Positions 52,765-62,917 of a stretch of DNA of 64,000 nt are shown piece by piece. Positions within the stretch are counted from its first letter, which is position 1. Each line of letters starts with the position of its first letter. Below the pieces are notes generated by a model that was not told the origin of the DNA, did not search any database, and saw only the letters and a program-made list of their open reading frames with translations. Source of the DNA: Deltaproteobacteria bacterium (lineage in GTDB: Bacteria; Myxococcota; Kuafuiibacteriia; Kuafuiibacteriales; Kuafuiibacteriaceae); assembly GCA_040218735.1 (NCBI GenBank), contig JAVJQW010000011.1:456426-520425 (forward strand), read 5' to 3'. The translations under genes were made by a program, and so were the position numbers.

Positions 52765-54324
52765 TCAGTCCGGGACGTAGATCGCGCCCGTGTTCGTGAC
52801 GAGGTCCGCGAGCCCGCCCCACACGAACATCCCGTGGTCGGTCCATGCGGCGTCGTGCCAGTAGCGCGCGGCCGGCGCGTTCTCCATCTCGACCGGCGTC
52901 CAGACGTCGCGCACCGGATCGTAGCGCGCGCCGTCGCCGAACACGACGCCATCGAAGACACGACCGCCCCACACGATGACCTCCGTGCCCGACCACACCA
53001 CGGTGTCGCTGACGCGCCCCGAAGGCGACCCCACCTGCGTCGTCAGACGCCAAGTCCGTGACGCGGGATCGAAGAGCTGCGCCTGGGTCTCGTCGCCGCG
53101 GCTCACCATCGAGAACACCTCGCTGCCGGTCCACACGATCGGGCTCCGCGTCCCGATGTCGAACGGCCGCTCGGGGACGCTCTCCCACTCACCGGTCGTC
53201 GGGTCGAACAACACCGGCGGTGCAAACGACCCCTCCAGGTACACGTGGGTCCCGGTCCACACCGCCTGGCGCGCATCGGGCGCGACGGTCGTCGTCGGGA
53301 TGGGGCGCCACGTGTCGGCGAGTGGGTCGTACAGCCCGCCGTCGTAGAACGTGTCGCCGTCGGCGCCGCCGAAGACGAACATCTCGGTGCCGGTCCACAC
53401 CAGGACGGGGTTCACGCGCGGCGCGGGCGCGCCGTTCGTCGTCATCGGCGACCACGCGTCGCCCGCGAGGTCGTAACGCCACCCTGCGTTGGTCGTCCCG
53501 GCCGGCGTGCTGCCGCCCCACAGCAGAATTGCGTCCCCGGTGAAGACCTCGCTCCCCGTTCCGTAGTGATCGTCGGTGCGTTCGAGGCCGAACGGCGTCC
53601 ACGTGCGCGCGATCGGGTCGTAGCGACCGCCGTCGAACAGCGCTCCCGTTCGCCCGAAGCCGCCGAACACGATCACCTCGGTGCCCGTCCAGAAAGTGCG
53701 GTGGAGCCGCCGCGACGACGGCGCGCCGAAGCTTCGAACCTCGAACCAACCCGTGCATCGCCCGCAGTCGATCGTCGCGCCGCACCCGTCGTCGACGTCG
53801 CCGCACTCCAGGCCCAGGCACTCGGACTTCGCGACACACGTGGATTCACACTGCGAGGGCTCGCCGCTGCAGGTGAAGTCGGCCTCTACGGTGCACGTCG
53901 CGCTGCAGCCATCGCCGTCGCCGGTGTTCTGATCGTCGCAGGCCTCGTCACCGATGATTCGGCCGTCGCCGCACAGCGGCGTGCACGCGGCGGTTGGACA
54001 GGTCCAGCCGGTCTCGACCGCGCACGCGGAGCAGCCGTCGCCCGACTCGGCGTTGCCGTCGTCGCAGCCCTCGTCGCCGACCGTCAGTGCGTCACCGCAG
54101 ACCGGCGTGCAGACGCTCGGCGCGCCTTCGCAGGCGTAGCCCGCCTCGATGGCGCAGAGCGCGCACCCCGCGCCGCCGTTCACACCGTTCGGGCCGACGT
54201 CGCAGGCCTCACCGACCTCGACGCGACCGTCGCCGCAGATCGGGTCGTCGGCGCACCCCGTCGTCGATGCGACGATCGCTGCTGCGATCGCCGCGAGTGT
54301 CGTTCGTCCCCCAACCCCACGCAT
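52765..54324 (-). CDS. Lipoprotein with Myxococcus Cys-rich repeats (DUF4215-like) and Kelch-like repeats
   Basis: Lipobox TTGC; three CGDx...ExCD...GC repeats; repeated WTGxE...GG...YDP. Confidence 0.88.
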   Translation of the reverse strand: MRGVGGRTTLAAIAAAIVASTTGCADDPICGDGRVEVGEACDVGPNGVNGGAGCALCAIEAGYACEGAPSVCTPVCGDALTVGDEGCDDGNAESGDGCSACAVETGWTCPTAACTPLCGDGRIIGDEACDDQNTGDGDGCSATCTVEADFTCSGEPSQCESTCVAKSECLGLECGDVDDGCGATIDCGRCTGWFEVRSFGAPSSRRLHRTFWTGTEVIVFGGFGRTGALFDGGRYDPIARTWTPFGLERTDDHYGTGSEVFTGDAILLWGGSTPAGTTNAGWRYDLAGDAWSPMTTNGAPAPRVNPVLVWTGTEMFVFGGADGDTFYDGGLYDPLADTWRPIPTTTVAPDARQAVWTGTHVYLEGSFAPPVLFDPTTGEWESVPERPFDIGTRSPIVWTGSEVFSMVSRGDETQAQLFDPASRTWRLTTQVGSPSGRVSDTVVWSGTEVIVWGGRVFDGVVFGDGARYDPVRDVWTPVEMENAPAARYWHDAAWTDHGMFVWGGLADLVTNTGAIYVPD

Positions 54325-54360
54325 CTGCGGTTCGTATACTCGCCGCCCGCACGTTTGGGC

Positions 54361-55383
54361 TCAGCCGGGACACATCTCGGCCTGGCACGTCCCCTCGTTG
54401 CAGTCGAAGGACGCGCACTCGTCCGAGAACGTGCACGTCTGCCCGACCGCCTTGCGCATCGCGCAGACGCCGCCGCTGCAGAAGCCGGTCGTGCAGTGGG
54501 CCGCCTCGGGCCCGTCGTCGTTGCAGGCCTCACCGAGCGCGGGCGGGAAGGTGCAAGTCCCGGCCATCGCGCAGAAGCCGATGACACACTCCTCGTCCCC
54601 GACGGTGCACGCGTCGCCGACCTTCTTGGCCGTGCGACACGCACGCGCGCCCTGCGGCCCGGCGCAGACGAGCTCGTCGGCGCACTGACGGAACGACGAG
54701 GTGCACACGGCGCCGGCGGCGAGCGGCTGCGCGCAGACCCCGTCGTCGTTGCACCACAGGGGCTCGGAACATTCGAAGGTCGAGTCACACGTCGCGCCGG
54801 CTTGTCCGTAGGCGCGGCAGATCGGATCGCCCGTGCCGTTGTACTGGCAGAACAGCCCGTCCGCGCACGAGGCCTCGGCACAGGACGCGCCGGGGCCGGC
54901 CTCGTTCACGAGGGTGCAGCTCCCGGAGCAGGCGTCCGGAGCGATCATGCAGCGCGTCCCCGCGATGCAGTGTTGTTGCTCGGTGCAGCTCTCCCCCGCG
55001 GCGATCGCGCCGACGAACGTCTCGTCACACGCTGCGATGTCGAGCGCCGTCCCGCCGCACGACGCCGACCCGACCGCAGTGTTACACGCCGAGCCCTTGG
55101 CGGCGCTGAACGACAGGCGCGCCGCGCGGACGTCGTCCTCGATCTCGGTGCAGAACGCGTCGTCGACGAGGCGCGACCAGTCGGCCGCCGTCCCCCCGAA
55201 GCAGCGCGCGTAGTACGTGCGCAGGTTGCCGTAGACGCGCGTGCACCACGCCTTCGCCGACAGCGCCGCCGCGTCCCCCGTTCCGCTGACGTCGGTCATG
55301 CCGGGGTCCTTGATGTCGGTCGTGCGCTCGGTGCCGGAGCACGCCACGGCGAAGGTGAGCAGGAAGAGGATACGCGTCCGCAT
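54361..55383 (-). CDS. Cys-rich lipoprotein
   Basis: Lipobox AVAC; repeated GxxC...C...LxC...C modules. Confidence 0.85.
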   Translation of the reverse strand: MRTRILFLLTFAVACSGTERTTDIKDPGMTDVSGTGDAAALSAKAWCTRVYGNLRTYYARCFGGTAADWSRLVDDAFCTEIEDDVRAARLSFSAAKGSACNTAVGSASCGGTALDIAACDETFVGAIAAGESCTEQQHCIAGTRCMIAPDACSGSCTLVNEAGPGASCAEASCADGLFCQYNGTGDPICRAYGQAGATCDSTFECSEPLWCNDDGVCAQPLAAGAVCTSSFRQCADELVCAGPQGARACRTAKKVGDACTVGDEECVIGFCAMAGTCTFPPALGEACNDDGPEAAHCTTGFCSGGVCAMRKAVGQTCTFSDECASFDCNEGTCQAEMCPG

Positions 55384-55453
55384 GCCGCGCTCATCCCTCG
55401 ACTGAGGGCGAACGACAAGCACGAACGCGCGTGTGATCGCGAAAACGTCGCTC

Positions 55454-56671
55454 TCAGTTGCAGCTCATCGGCGGCATCGCGTCGATCCACGCCCGCACGA
55501 CGCGCGCGCCGAGGTCGTGTTTCAGGCTTCGGCCGAGCAGCGGCATCATCTCTCCGACGTTCTCGGTCTCGGTCCGGTAGACGAGGATCGAGGCGTCGGC
55601 GTCGCCCGGGACGATGTCGTAGCGCAACCCGCCGGCCCCGCCGCCCGCGGAGCCGGGCTCCTTGCAGACCCCGAGGTTGAAGGCCGACGTGTTGTGCACG
55701 TCGAGGTACAGCCGCGACGTCTGCCCGTTCGTGCCCGCCGGGTTGTGGCAGTGCGCGCAGTTGATGTCCAAGTAGTCGCGCGCCGCGCGCTCGAGGGTCT
55801 CGAAGTCGAGCGCGGTCGTGCTCGTGTCGCGGAGCGTCTCGAGCGGGAAGGCCTGCGGTACTTCGTCGATCGGCGGGAGGCCGTCGAGCATCCCGAGGTC
55901 GGCGAGGTGCACGAGCTGATTGAGCGACGCCCCCTCGTACTCGAACGTACGGTTCAGGTGACGCGCCTTGGGCCCGACGATCGTGAGGTACTTGTCACCC
56001 GTCTCGTCCTCGAGCTCGTGGCATTCGACGCACTGGTTCTTCTGCGGGACGAGGTACTGCGCCGTACGCGGAGCGCCGTTCGGGTCGATCATCTCGATCG
56101 TCTCGACGCGCCCACGCACGAAGTAGTCGGCGTCGCCGTCCTCATTCCAGAGGTAAGGGTACGTCTCCCAGCCCTCCTCCGTTCGGACGAGGACGCGGGT
56201 CTCGATGATGCGGCGATCGACGTTCGGCGATCGCAGGTCGGGCGCGACGGAGAACGACTTGATGACCGCGCTCCCGACCGGCATCTCGAACGCGTCGCGC
56301 TCCGCGTAGACCGCGGCGGTGCCGGTCGGCACGTACAGCGCGCGATCCTTGAGCGCGAAGTCGGAGAACAACGCCGTGCTCAAGTCGTACGGGACGACGC
56401 GCTCGTTGTAGACGAAGCGGCCGTCGACGAGCCGGAAGAAGTTGTAGGACGACAGCAGCGCGTGCGGCGCGTCCAACGGGACGTCGACCGGATCGAGCGG
56501 CTCGAAGCCGGCGTCGGGGGTGCCGGCGTCGCGAAAGCCCGCGTCGGCGAACCCGGCGTCGTGCGACGCGCCGCCGTCGCGCGCGGTTCCTGCGTCGCGC
56601 GGAGGATCCGTCGTCTCCCCCGAGCAAGCGGCGGCCGCGAGCGCGACCGCCGCGATCCAGGCGCGGCTCAC
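55454..56671 (-). CDS. SO2930/HNE_0200-like diheme c-type cytochrome lipoprotein
   Basis: LSSYNFF, VPYDLSTALFSDFALK, IIETRVL; heme motifs CVECH and CAHCH; MMPLLGR. Confidence 0.88.
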   Translation of the reverse strand: MSRAWIAAVALAAAACSGETTDPPRDAGTARDGGASHDAGFADAGFRDAGTPDAGFEPLDPVDVPLDAPHALLSSYNFFRLVDGRFVYNERVVPYDLSTALFSDFALKDRALYVPTGTAAVYAERDAFEMPVGSAVIKSFSVAPDLRSPNVDRRIIETRVLVRTEEGWETYPYLWNEDGDADYFVRGRVETIEMIDPNGAPRTAQYLVPQKNQCVECHELEDETGDKYLTIVGPKARHLNRTFEYEGASLNQLVHLADLGMLDGLPPIDEVPQAFPLETLRDTSTTALDFETLERAARDYLDINCAHCHNPAGTNGQTSRLYLDVHNTSAFNLGVCKEPGSAGGGAGGLRYDIVPGDADASILVYRTETENVGEMMPLLGRSLKHDLGARVVRAWIDAMPPMSCN

Positions 56672-59529
56672 GGGAGCACGACCTCCTCGATCGGTCCGGC
56701 CGTGAACCCGACGCAGTCGAACGGCACGAACGGCGACGCCGGCTGGAAGATGTCCATCTCGGACGGCAGACCGCCCCCGCCGATGATCCCCGCGAGGTTC
56801 GCGATGTCGAGCACCGCGTAGGTCGCGAGGTCCGACGGCCCGACGCAGATGTGGTTGTTGTTCGTGTTGTTCCCCGCGACGTCCGGATCCACGTTCTCGC
56901 CGATGCCGTCGTAGAGGATGTCGTCGACGCCCATCCCTCGGTAGACCACCGACAGCAACGCGCCGATCTCGCGAGCGACGGCGTCATCCGCGTCCGGCGA
57001 CGAGCCGCTCGCGGCGTGCAGGTTGTCGTGCACGTAGAGCTCACTCGTCGCGAAGTTGAGGACGAAGTTCGCGTCGCCCGGGAGGTTGAGACCGGTGATG
57101 TCGCCGACGAGATCCGCGCGCGGGATCGCCCACGCGGTGGTGGACGAGTTCACGACGAACCCGGAGAGGAGCGCCATGTCGGAGGTGTCGTTGTCGTAGT
57201 AGGTGTTCCCGAAGATCTCGACGCGCCGCGACGCCAACACGACGGTGCCGGTACCCCGCGGGATCTGCGAGACGACGGTCATCGACTGCGCGAAGTTGTC
57301 GCGGTTGTTCGACCCGACGTAGTTGTGGCGCACGCGCACGTCGCGACCGACGATCGGGTTGCCGGGGAGGTCGAAGATCAACAGCCCGCCCGTGTTGTCG
57401 GTGAGGTGGTTGTTGTAGACGTCGGCGTACTGCGTGTTCTCGATCTCGAGGCCCGCGACGTTCCCCGCGCCGACGTTGTGCCGGACGACGGTGTTGATGA
57501 CCTGCCCGACGTAGAGGCCGGCGTCGGCGGCGTTGAACGCCTCACACTCCTCGACGAGCACGTTGGTGCTCTTGACCGGGTAGATGCCGTACGCGCCGTT
57601 CGTCGTCGCCGGGCCGTCCGGCCAGGTGACGCGGATGCGGCGGATGACGATGTCGTCGCTGTCCTCGACGCGGAGGCCGTCCTTCTTGGCGTCGGCGATC
57701 GTGAGGCTCTGGATCTCGAACTCGTTGGCGACGACGTCGACGCCGTTGCTCTGGGTGACCTGCCCCGAGAAGTCGAGCGTCGTGACCTGACGCCCCTGTC
57801 CGAGGAGCTTCACCTCGTTCGCGCCGCGGATGGTGACCGCGTTGTCGAACATGAACACACCACGACCGAGGATGAGCGTGGTGCCGTCGTCGAGATCGTT
57901 CACGGCGTCGAGGAACGCGTCCTCCATGCCCGCCTCGAACTCGAAGCAGATGCCGCCGACCGCATCGCAGTCCCACAGCGGGAAGGGCTCGTCGACCTCT
58001 TCGTCGTACAGGCCGAGCTCGACGCCGGCGATCGGACCGGACGTGAAGGTCCGGCAGTCGTACGGCGCGTACGGCGCCGCGGGGCGGAACAGATCGTCGC
58101 GCGTTGGGTTGCCGCCGCCCATGAGCGCCGCGAGCAACGCGGGGAGGTCGAGCGTCGCGACCTGCCCGCCGGACATGCAGACGTGGTTGTTGTTGGTGTT
58201 GTTGCCGGGGACCGCGGCGTCCACCGTCTCCTCGATCCCGTCGTAGAGGATCGGGTCGACGGTCTCGCCACCGTACACCGCCGCGATCAGCGCGCCGATG
58301 GGCCGCGCCAACGCGTCCGAGGCGTCCGGCGCCGTGCCGCCGCCGGTGTGGGTGTTGTCGTGGATGTAGATCTCTTCGCTGCGGAAGTTCGCGATGCCCT
58401 GGTCGTCGAACGGGAGCACGAGACCCGCGAGGCTCCCCTCGCGGTCGCGGTGGCTGATCGCCCACGCCGCGGGATCCTCGGCGAGCGCGAGGCCGGACAG
58501 CACGATGACGTCGCTCGTGTTGTTGTTCTCGTAGGTGTTGTCGTTGATCTCGACGCGACGCGACGCGAGCACGAAGGAGCCGACGCCCGCCGGGATCTGC
58601 GAAACGACGGTGCCGCTCTGCGCGAAGTTCAGGACGTTGTTGTTGGCGATGCGGTTGTCGTGGATGTGCACGTCGCGACCGACGATCGGGTTACCGGGGA
58701 GGTCGAAGACCATGATGCCGGCCGTGTTCATCTCGGCGACGTTGTCGTAGACGTCCGCGTACTGCGTGTTCTCGATCTCGATCCCTGCGACGTTGCCGCG
58801 CGCGACGTTGCGGCGGATGACCGCGTGCATCGACTGCCCGACGTAGATGCCGGCGTCGGCCGCGTTGAACGCTTCCGAGTCTTCGATGAGCACGTTCTCG
58901 CAGCGCACCGGGTAGATGCCGTAGGCGCCGTTGTCACTCGACTCCGCGGTCGCCCAGCTCACGCGAAGCCGTCTGATCTCGACGTCGCGGCTGTCCTCGA
59001 CGCGAAGGCCGTCCTTCTTGGCCTCCTGGATGTCCAGGTCGGAGATCGTGAAGCGGTCGCCGACGACGTCGACGCCGTTGCTCTGTGCCGTCTGCGCCGA
59101 GAAGTCGAGGATGGTCTCGTCCATCCCCTGCCCCGTCAGCGTGATGCCCGAAGCGCCGCGCAGCGTGAGCGCGTTGTCGAGGGTGAAGGTCCCGCTGCCG
59201 AGGACGATCGTCAGGTCGTCCTCCAGCGCGTTGACCGTGTCGAGCAGCAGGCCGAGCTCGGACGCCGGCACCTCGATGCAGGGCGCCGGGAAGGCCGAGC
59301 AGCGGATACGCATGAACTCGGCGGGGTCGATGTTCGATCCGCCGTCGCGGGGGCCGGCGTCTCGCGGACCGCCGTCGCGCGGAGGCTCACCGCCGTCGCG
59401 CGGATCCACGGCGCCGTCGCGGGGCGCACCGCCGTCGCGATCGGTGGAGGTGTCGTCGTCGTCGTCGCCGGAGCAGGCCACGACCGCCAGGAGACAGAGA
59501 GGAGCGAGGCGGAGTCGGAGTGTCAGCAC
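56668..59529 (-). CDS. Parallel beta-helix lipoprotein with two tandem copies of the domain
   Basis: Lipobox VVAC; NGAYGIYPV, AADAGxYVGQ, NVAGxEIEN and FDLPGNPIVGRDV each occur twice; coupled to the cytochrome gene. Confidence 0.9.
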   Translation of the reverse strand: MLTLRLRLAPLCLLAVVACSGDDDDDTSTDRDGGAPRDGAVDPRDGGEPPRDGGPRDAGPRDGGSNIDPAEFMRIRCSAFPAPCIEVPASELGLLLDTVNALEDDLTIVLGSGTFTLDNALTLRGASGITLTGQGMDETILDFSAQTAQSNGVDVVGDRFTISDLDIQEAKKDGLRVEDSRDVEIRRLRVSWATAESSDNGAYGIYPVRCENVLIEDSEAFNAADAGIYVGQSMHAVIRRNVARGNVAGIEIENTQYADVYDNVAEMNTAGIMVFDLPGNPIVGRDVHIHDNRIANNNVLNFAQSGTVVSQIPAGVGSFVLASRRVEINDNTYENNNTSDVIVLSGLALAEDPAAWAISHRDREGSLAGLVLPFDDQGIANFRSEEIYIHDNTHTGGGTAPDASDALARPIGALIAAVYGGETVDPILYDGIEETVDAAVPGNNTNNNHVCMSGGQVATLDLPALLAALMGGGNPTRDDLFRPAAPYAPYDCRTFTSGPIAGVELGLYDEEVDEPFPLWDCDAVGGICFEFEAGMEDAFLDAVNDLDDGTTLILGRGVFMFDNAVTIRGANEVKLLGQGRQVTTLDFSGQVTQSNGVDVVANEFEIQSLTIADAKKDGLRVEDSDDIVIRRIRVTWPDGPATTNGAYGIYPVKSTNVLVEECEAFNAADAGLYVGQVINTVVRHNVGAGNVAGLEIENTQYADVYNNHLTDNTGGLLIFDLPGNPIVGRDVRVRHNYVGSNNRDNFAQSMTVVSQIPRGTGTVVLASRRVEIFGNTYYDNDTSDMALLSGFVVNSSTTAWAIPRADLVGDITGLNLPGDANFVLNFATSELYVHDNLHAASGSSPDADDAVAREIGALLSVVYRGMGVDDILYDGIGENVDPDVAGNNTNNNHICVGPSDLATYAVLDIANLAGIIGGGGLPSEMDIFQPASPFVPFDCVGFTAGPIEEVVLP

Positions 59530-59690
59530 GGACGGGAGTTTGTGCTCATTCGCGCCGCCCTTGGAAGTAGGTGCGTCCCGCCACGTACGACGCGGTGCGG
59601 CGTGGTTCAGGGTGCGTCAGGGACCGGACGACCGACCGATGCGGGCGCGTCGAGACGCAACGCGTCGCGCGGAGCGTCGAAAAGGTACCG

Positions 59691-60584
59691 ATGCCCGTGG
59701 ATGTCGTCGGCGGACGCCGCATCGTTCGCCCCCTGCCGCCGCCCTCGGCCGCCCCGGACGTGGTCCTCGCACCCGACGTCGTCCTCGCGCCCGACGGAAT
59801 GGAGCGGAGCCGAGTCGTCGCGCCCTCGGCGCTATCGCGGGCTACGGTCGTGGAGCGCGCCAAGCGCGCCGCCGTCCCGCAGCGGGTGCAGGTCGGCCCG
59901 ACGTGCGGGCTGTACGCGCTCGGCATGGTGATGGACTTCTGGCACGCGAAGGACCCCGCGAATCCGACGGCGCTGGTGCAGGACCGGGATCGCGCCGGTC
60001 GCGGCAAGCAGTACACGCTGGAGCCCACGACCTCCGAGCGCATCCTCACGGTGGCGAAGGAGCTCGGCTTCACGGCGCTCGGCGAGATGTTCACCGCAAG
60101 GCAACTTGCAAAGACGGCCGAGCACTTCGGCTACGTGGCGACCACCCACGAAGACGCGACGCTCGACGCCCTGTACCGCGTCCTCGACGCGGGCCACCCC
60201 GCGATCGTCGCGTTCGACGTCGACCACAACGGCGACCCCGCCGACCACGGCGGCGACCGCGCGCATTACGCGATCATTCAGGGCTACTTCGACGGGCCCG
60301 ACGGCCGAATGCTCGTCGCGCGGCACGGGTGGGGCGTGCAGGAAGACCACGTGTGGTCCGCGGAGCGCTTCGATACCAGCTGGAAGGCGCTCCACACCAC
60401 GGCCTTCTACGGCGAGCCCGGCGACGACATCATCCCCGACCACCCGGGCGTCGACGAGCCGGACCGCATGACGCTGCCCGACGCCGGCGGCGGACGCGCG
60501 AAGATCTACGACAGCCTCGGCACCAAGATCGTCGAGGTCGTACCGCCGGGAGAGTCACCCGTCGGCGGGACGCGCGCGGCCTGA
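59691..60584 (+). CDS. C39-like cysteine protease resembling eukaryotic ACTMAP
   Basis: QVGPTCGLYAL (Cys), GFTALGEMF, FDVDHNGDP, RAHYAII (His), RHGW. Start uncertain (59571 or 59691). Confidence 0.75.
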   Translation: MPVDVVGGRRIVRPLPPPSAAPDVVLAPDVVLAPDGMERSRVVAPSALSRATVVERAKRAAVPQRVQVGPTCGLYALGMVMDFWHAKDPANPTALVQDRDRAGRGKQYTLEPTTSERILTVAKELGFTALGEMFTARQLAKTAEHFGYVATTHEDATLDALYRVLDAGHPAIVAFDVDHNGDPADHGGDRAHYAIIQGYFDGPDGRMLVARHGWGVQEDHVWSAERFDTSWKALHTTAFYGEPGDDIIPDHPGVDEPDRMTLPDAGGGRAKIYDSLGTKIVEVVPPGESPVGGTRAA

Positions 60585-60585
60585 C

Positions 60586-62337
60586 TCAGCGAATCGTGAC
60601 CGTCGTCGGATCCGACGACGCCGCAACCTTCACGTAGGTCGCGCGGCGCGAAGCGTCGTAGAACCACCCGCCGTTCGACGCCGCCACCGCGGCGACGTCG
60701 GCGACCGAAGACAGCCCCTCGACTTCGGTGGGAGGGGTGTCGGTTCGCACGACGAAGATCGTCGGTGCGAGGGTGCGAGAGATCGACACCGCGCCGCCGT
60801 CCGCGGCGATCTCGGTCTTGCCGTCGTCGCTGTCGCGCAGCACGAACGAGGACGCGGTGGCGCCCGGGTACACGAGCACCGTGAGGTGACCGGCGAAGGC
60901 CTCGGTCCCAATCTCGGTGAGCGCGCGATCGATGGTCATGGGGACGATCGCGCCGGCGCGAACGAACAACGGGATGCGGCTCGGCGACCCGACATCGTAG
61001 GCGGCGAGCGTCGTGCCGCCGTCGTGGGCGTCGTCCTGGGGCGCCCACCAGTCGTACCAGCTCGCGCCGCCGGGCAGCGGGACGTCGCGCACCCCCGACG
61101 CCTCGAAGATCGGCGCCACGAGGAACGCCTCCCCGAGCACGAAGCGCCAGTCGTCCTCCCACGCGTCCGGGCCGTCGCCGATGGGGTGCATCATCGGCCC
61201 GCCCGCGTCGTAGGCGTCCTCGGCGAGGCTGTACAAGAACGGCACGAGCTCGTGGTGGAGCGTCGCCCAATACCGGTAGGTGTCGACGGTCTCGTCGGCG
61301 CGCTCCGGGACACTCCACGGCTCGAGGTTCGCGCGACCGTGCAGTTGCATGAAGGGGGTCATCGCGCCGAGCGCCGTCCACCGCAGGAAGGTGTCGGTGT
61401 CGTAGGGGACGAGATCCGTGAAGCTCTGGTCGTCGCGGTCGAGGTACCCGCCGATGTCCGAGCCGATCACGACGTAGTTGGCCTCTGCGGAGCGGAACAT
61501 GTGGTCGAGGGCGTCGATCATCCCGACGTAGTCACGCCGGTTGTCGCCGACCCAAGTCACCGGGGCGTGTTCGGGGCGCGCGAAGAACCTACCCTCGAAG
61601 TTGTAGGACTTGTCGTAGGGACGAACCATCGTCACGAACTCATCCGTGCCGAGTCGGTTGGCGCCGTACGCCCAGAAGTCACGGTAATACTCTTCGGAAT
61701 ATTCTTGGTGAGAGATGACTCCGGCGTCCGTCTTCACGGTGTCGGTCATGACGTAACTCTCGCCGAAGTCGAGCTTCCACCCGGCGATGCCGGCGTCGAG
61801 CAAGTCGTCTTGCAGCCCGTGCCACCACGCACGGCCCACGTCGTCGGAGAAGTCGATGCCGGAGCCCTTCCCCTTCCACCAGAAGAAGGTCTCGCCGTCG
61901 TTCACGAAGTACTGTTCGCGCTCGGCGATGAGGTACTCGACGGAGGGTGAGTCGTAGGTGTCGCCACCCGCTTCGACGTCAAACGACTCCACGTTGAGCA
62001 TCTGCGTGATCCACAGGACGGTGCGCACGCCCTCGGCGCGGAGGTCGGCGATCATCTTCGGCATCTCGGGGTAACGTTCGGGGTTCGGGTCGAACGTGTT
62101 GTAGTCGGTCTCCCAGGGGGAATCGAGGACGACGACGCCCACCGGGATGTCGCGGGACTTGAAGCCTTCGACGAACGCGTACGTGTCGGGGCCGTCGGAG
62201 ATGTCCTTCGAGATCCACGGCTCGAACGCCCAGCGCGGCGTGTAGATGTCCGGGGTCTTCGTGGGGTCTTCGGGTTCGGGTGTGCCGCCGCCCGAGCAGG
62301 CGGTGATCAACGCGAGGGAGCAGAGGATGCGACGCAC
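60586..62337 (-). CDS. Glycoside hydrolase family 31 lipoprotein
   Basis: Lipobox ITAC; PRWAF, IPVGVVVLDSPW, WKLDFGE (nucleophile), WVGDN, GSDIGGY, FLVAPI, IPLFVRAGAI. Confidence 0.92.
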   Translation of the reverse strand: MRRILCSLALITACSGGGTPEPEDPTKTPDIYTPRWAFEPWISKDISDGPDTYAFVEGFKSRDIPVGVVVLDSPWETDYNTFDPNPERYPEMPKMIADLRAEGVRTVLWITQMLNVESFDVEAGGDTYDSPSVEYLIAEREQYFVNDGETFFWWKGKGSGIDFSDDVGRAWWHGLQDDLLDAGIAGWKLDFGESYVMTDTVKTDAGVISHQEYSEEYYRDFWAYGANRLGTDEFVTMVRPYDKSYNFEGRFFARPEHAPVTWVGDNRRDYVGMIDALDHMFRSAEANYVVIGSDIGGYLDRDDQSFTDLVPYDTDTFLRWTALGAMTPFMQLHGRANLEPWSVPERADETVDTYRYWATLHHELVPFLYSLAEDAYDAGGPMMHPIGDGPDAWEDDWRFVLGEAFLVAPIFEASGVRDVPLPGGASWYDWWAPQDDAHDGGTTLAAYDVGSPSRIPLFVRAGAIVPMTIDRALTEIGTEAFAGHLTVLVYPGATASSFVLRDSDDGKTEIAADGGAVSISRTLAPTIFVVRTDTPPTEVEGLSSVADVAAVAASNGGWFYDASRRATYVKVAASSDPTTVTIR

Positions 62338-62462
62338 GAACGAAACGCTATGCGTCGGATTGTCCGACTGTCATCAGCCGGTTGCGCCGACGGAGAAACG
62401 CGAACGAATTCCAAAGCGCGCACGCTTGACCGGGCGACCGGCGAGTCCGCATCGTGGTGGGC

Positions 62463-62744
62463 ATGGCGGACGAGCTGACGACGAAGATCCTCGTCGAGAT
62501 CCGCGACGCGGTTCGGGAGAACGGGCGGCGCATCGACGAGAACGGGCGACGCATCGACGACACCAATGAGCGGCTCGCGGTCCTCGCGACGCTCACCCGA
62601 TCGATCGACGGGCGCCTCGCCAAGATCGAAGCGCGCGAGCCGGAGCGGCTCTTCATGCCCCGCCGCGTCGACCAGCTCGAGCTGGACCGCGACGACCACG
62701 AGGCCCGCATCGCGGCGCTCGAAGCGCGCAAGTCGTCCGGTTGA
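62463..62744 (+). CDS. Small coiled-coil protein (93 aa)
   Basis: Heptad repeats ENGRRID-ENGRRID-DTNERL; HEARIAALE. Confidence 0.75.
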   Translation: MADELTTKILVEIRDAVRENGRRIDENGRRIDDTNERLAVLATLTRSIDGRLAKIEAREPERLFMPRRVDQLELDRDDHEARIAALEARKSSG

Positions 62745-62917
62745 CGCGGAGCGTCGACCGTGCGACCTCTCGACCGTGGTCGTGTGTCTTTGCACCTGTC
62801 TGTGAGCCGTCCTGCCGCGTCCGCGGTGTGATGGCTCGACCACGAAAAATCCCTACAACTCGATGAACGAAACGGCGCCGACGTACGTGGTACGTGGCGC
62901 TGAAGAGGAATCACCCA

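Noticed and set aside
56851-59931. Very long antisense ORFs (also 22774..25977, 4156..6438, 7271..9649, 53245..55680)
   Set aside because: They mirror well-supported genes on the other strand; stop-codon scarcity follows from high GC3.
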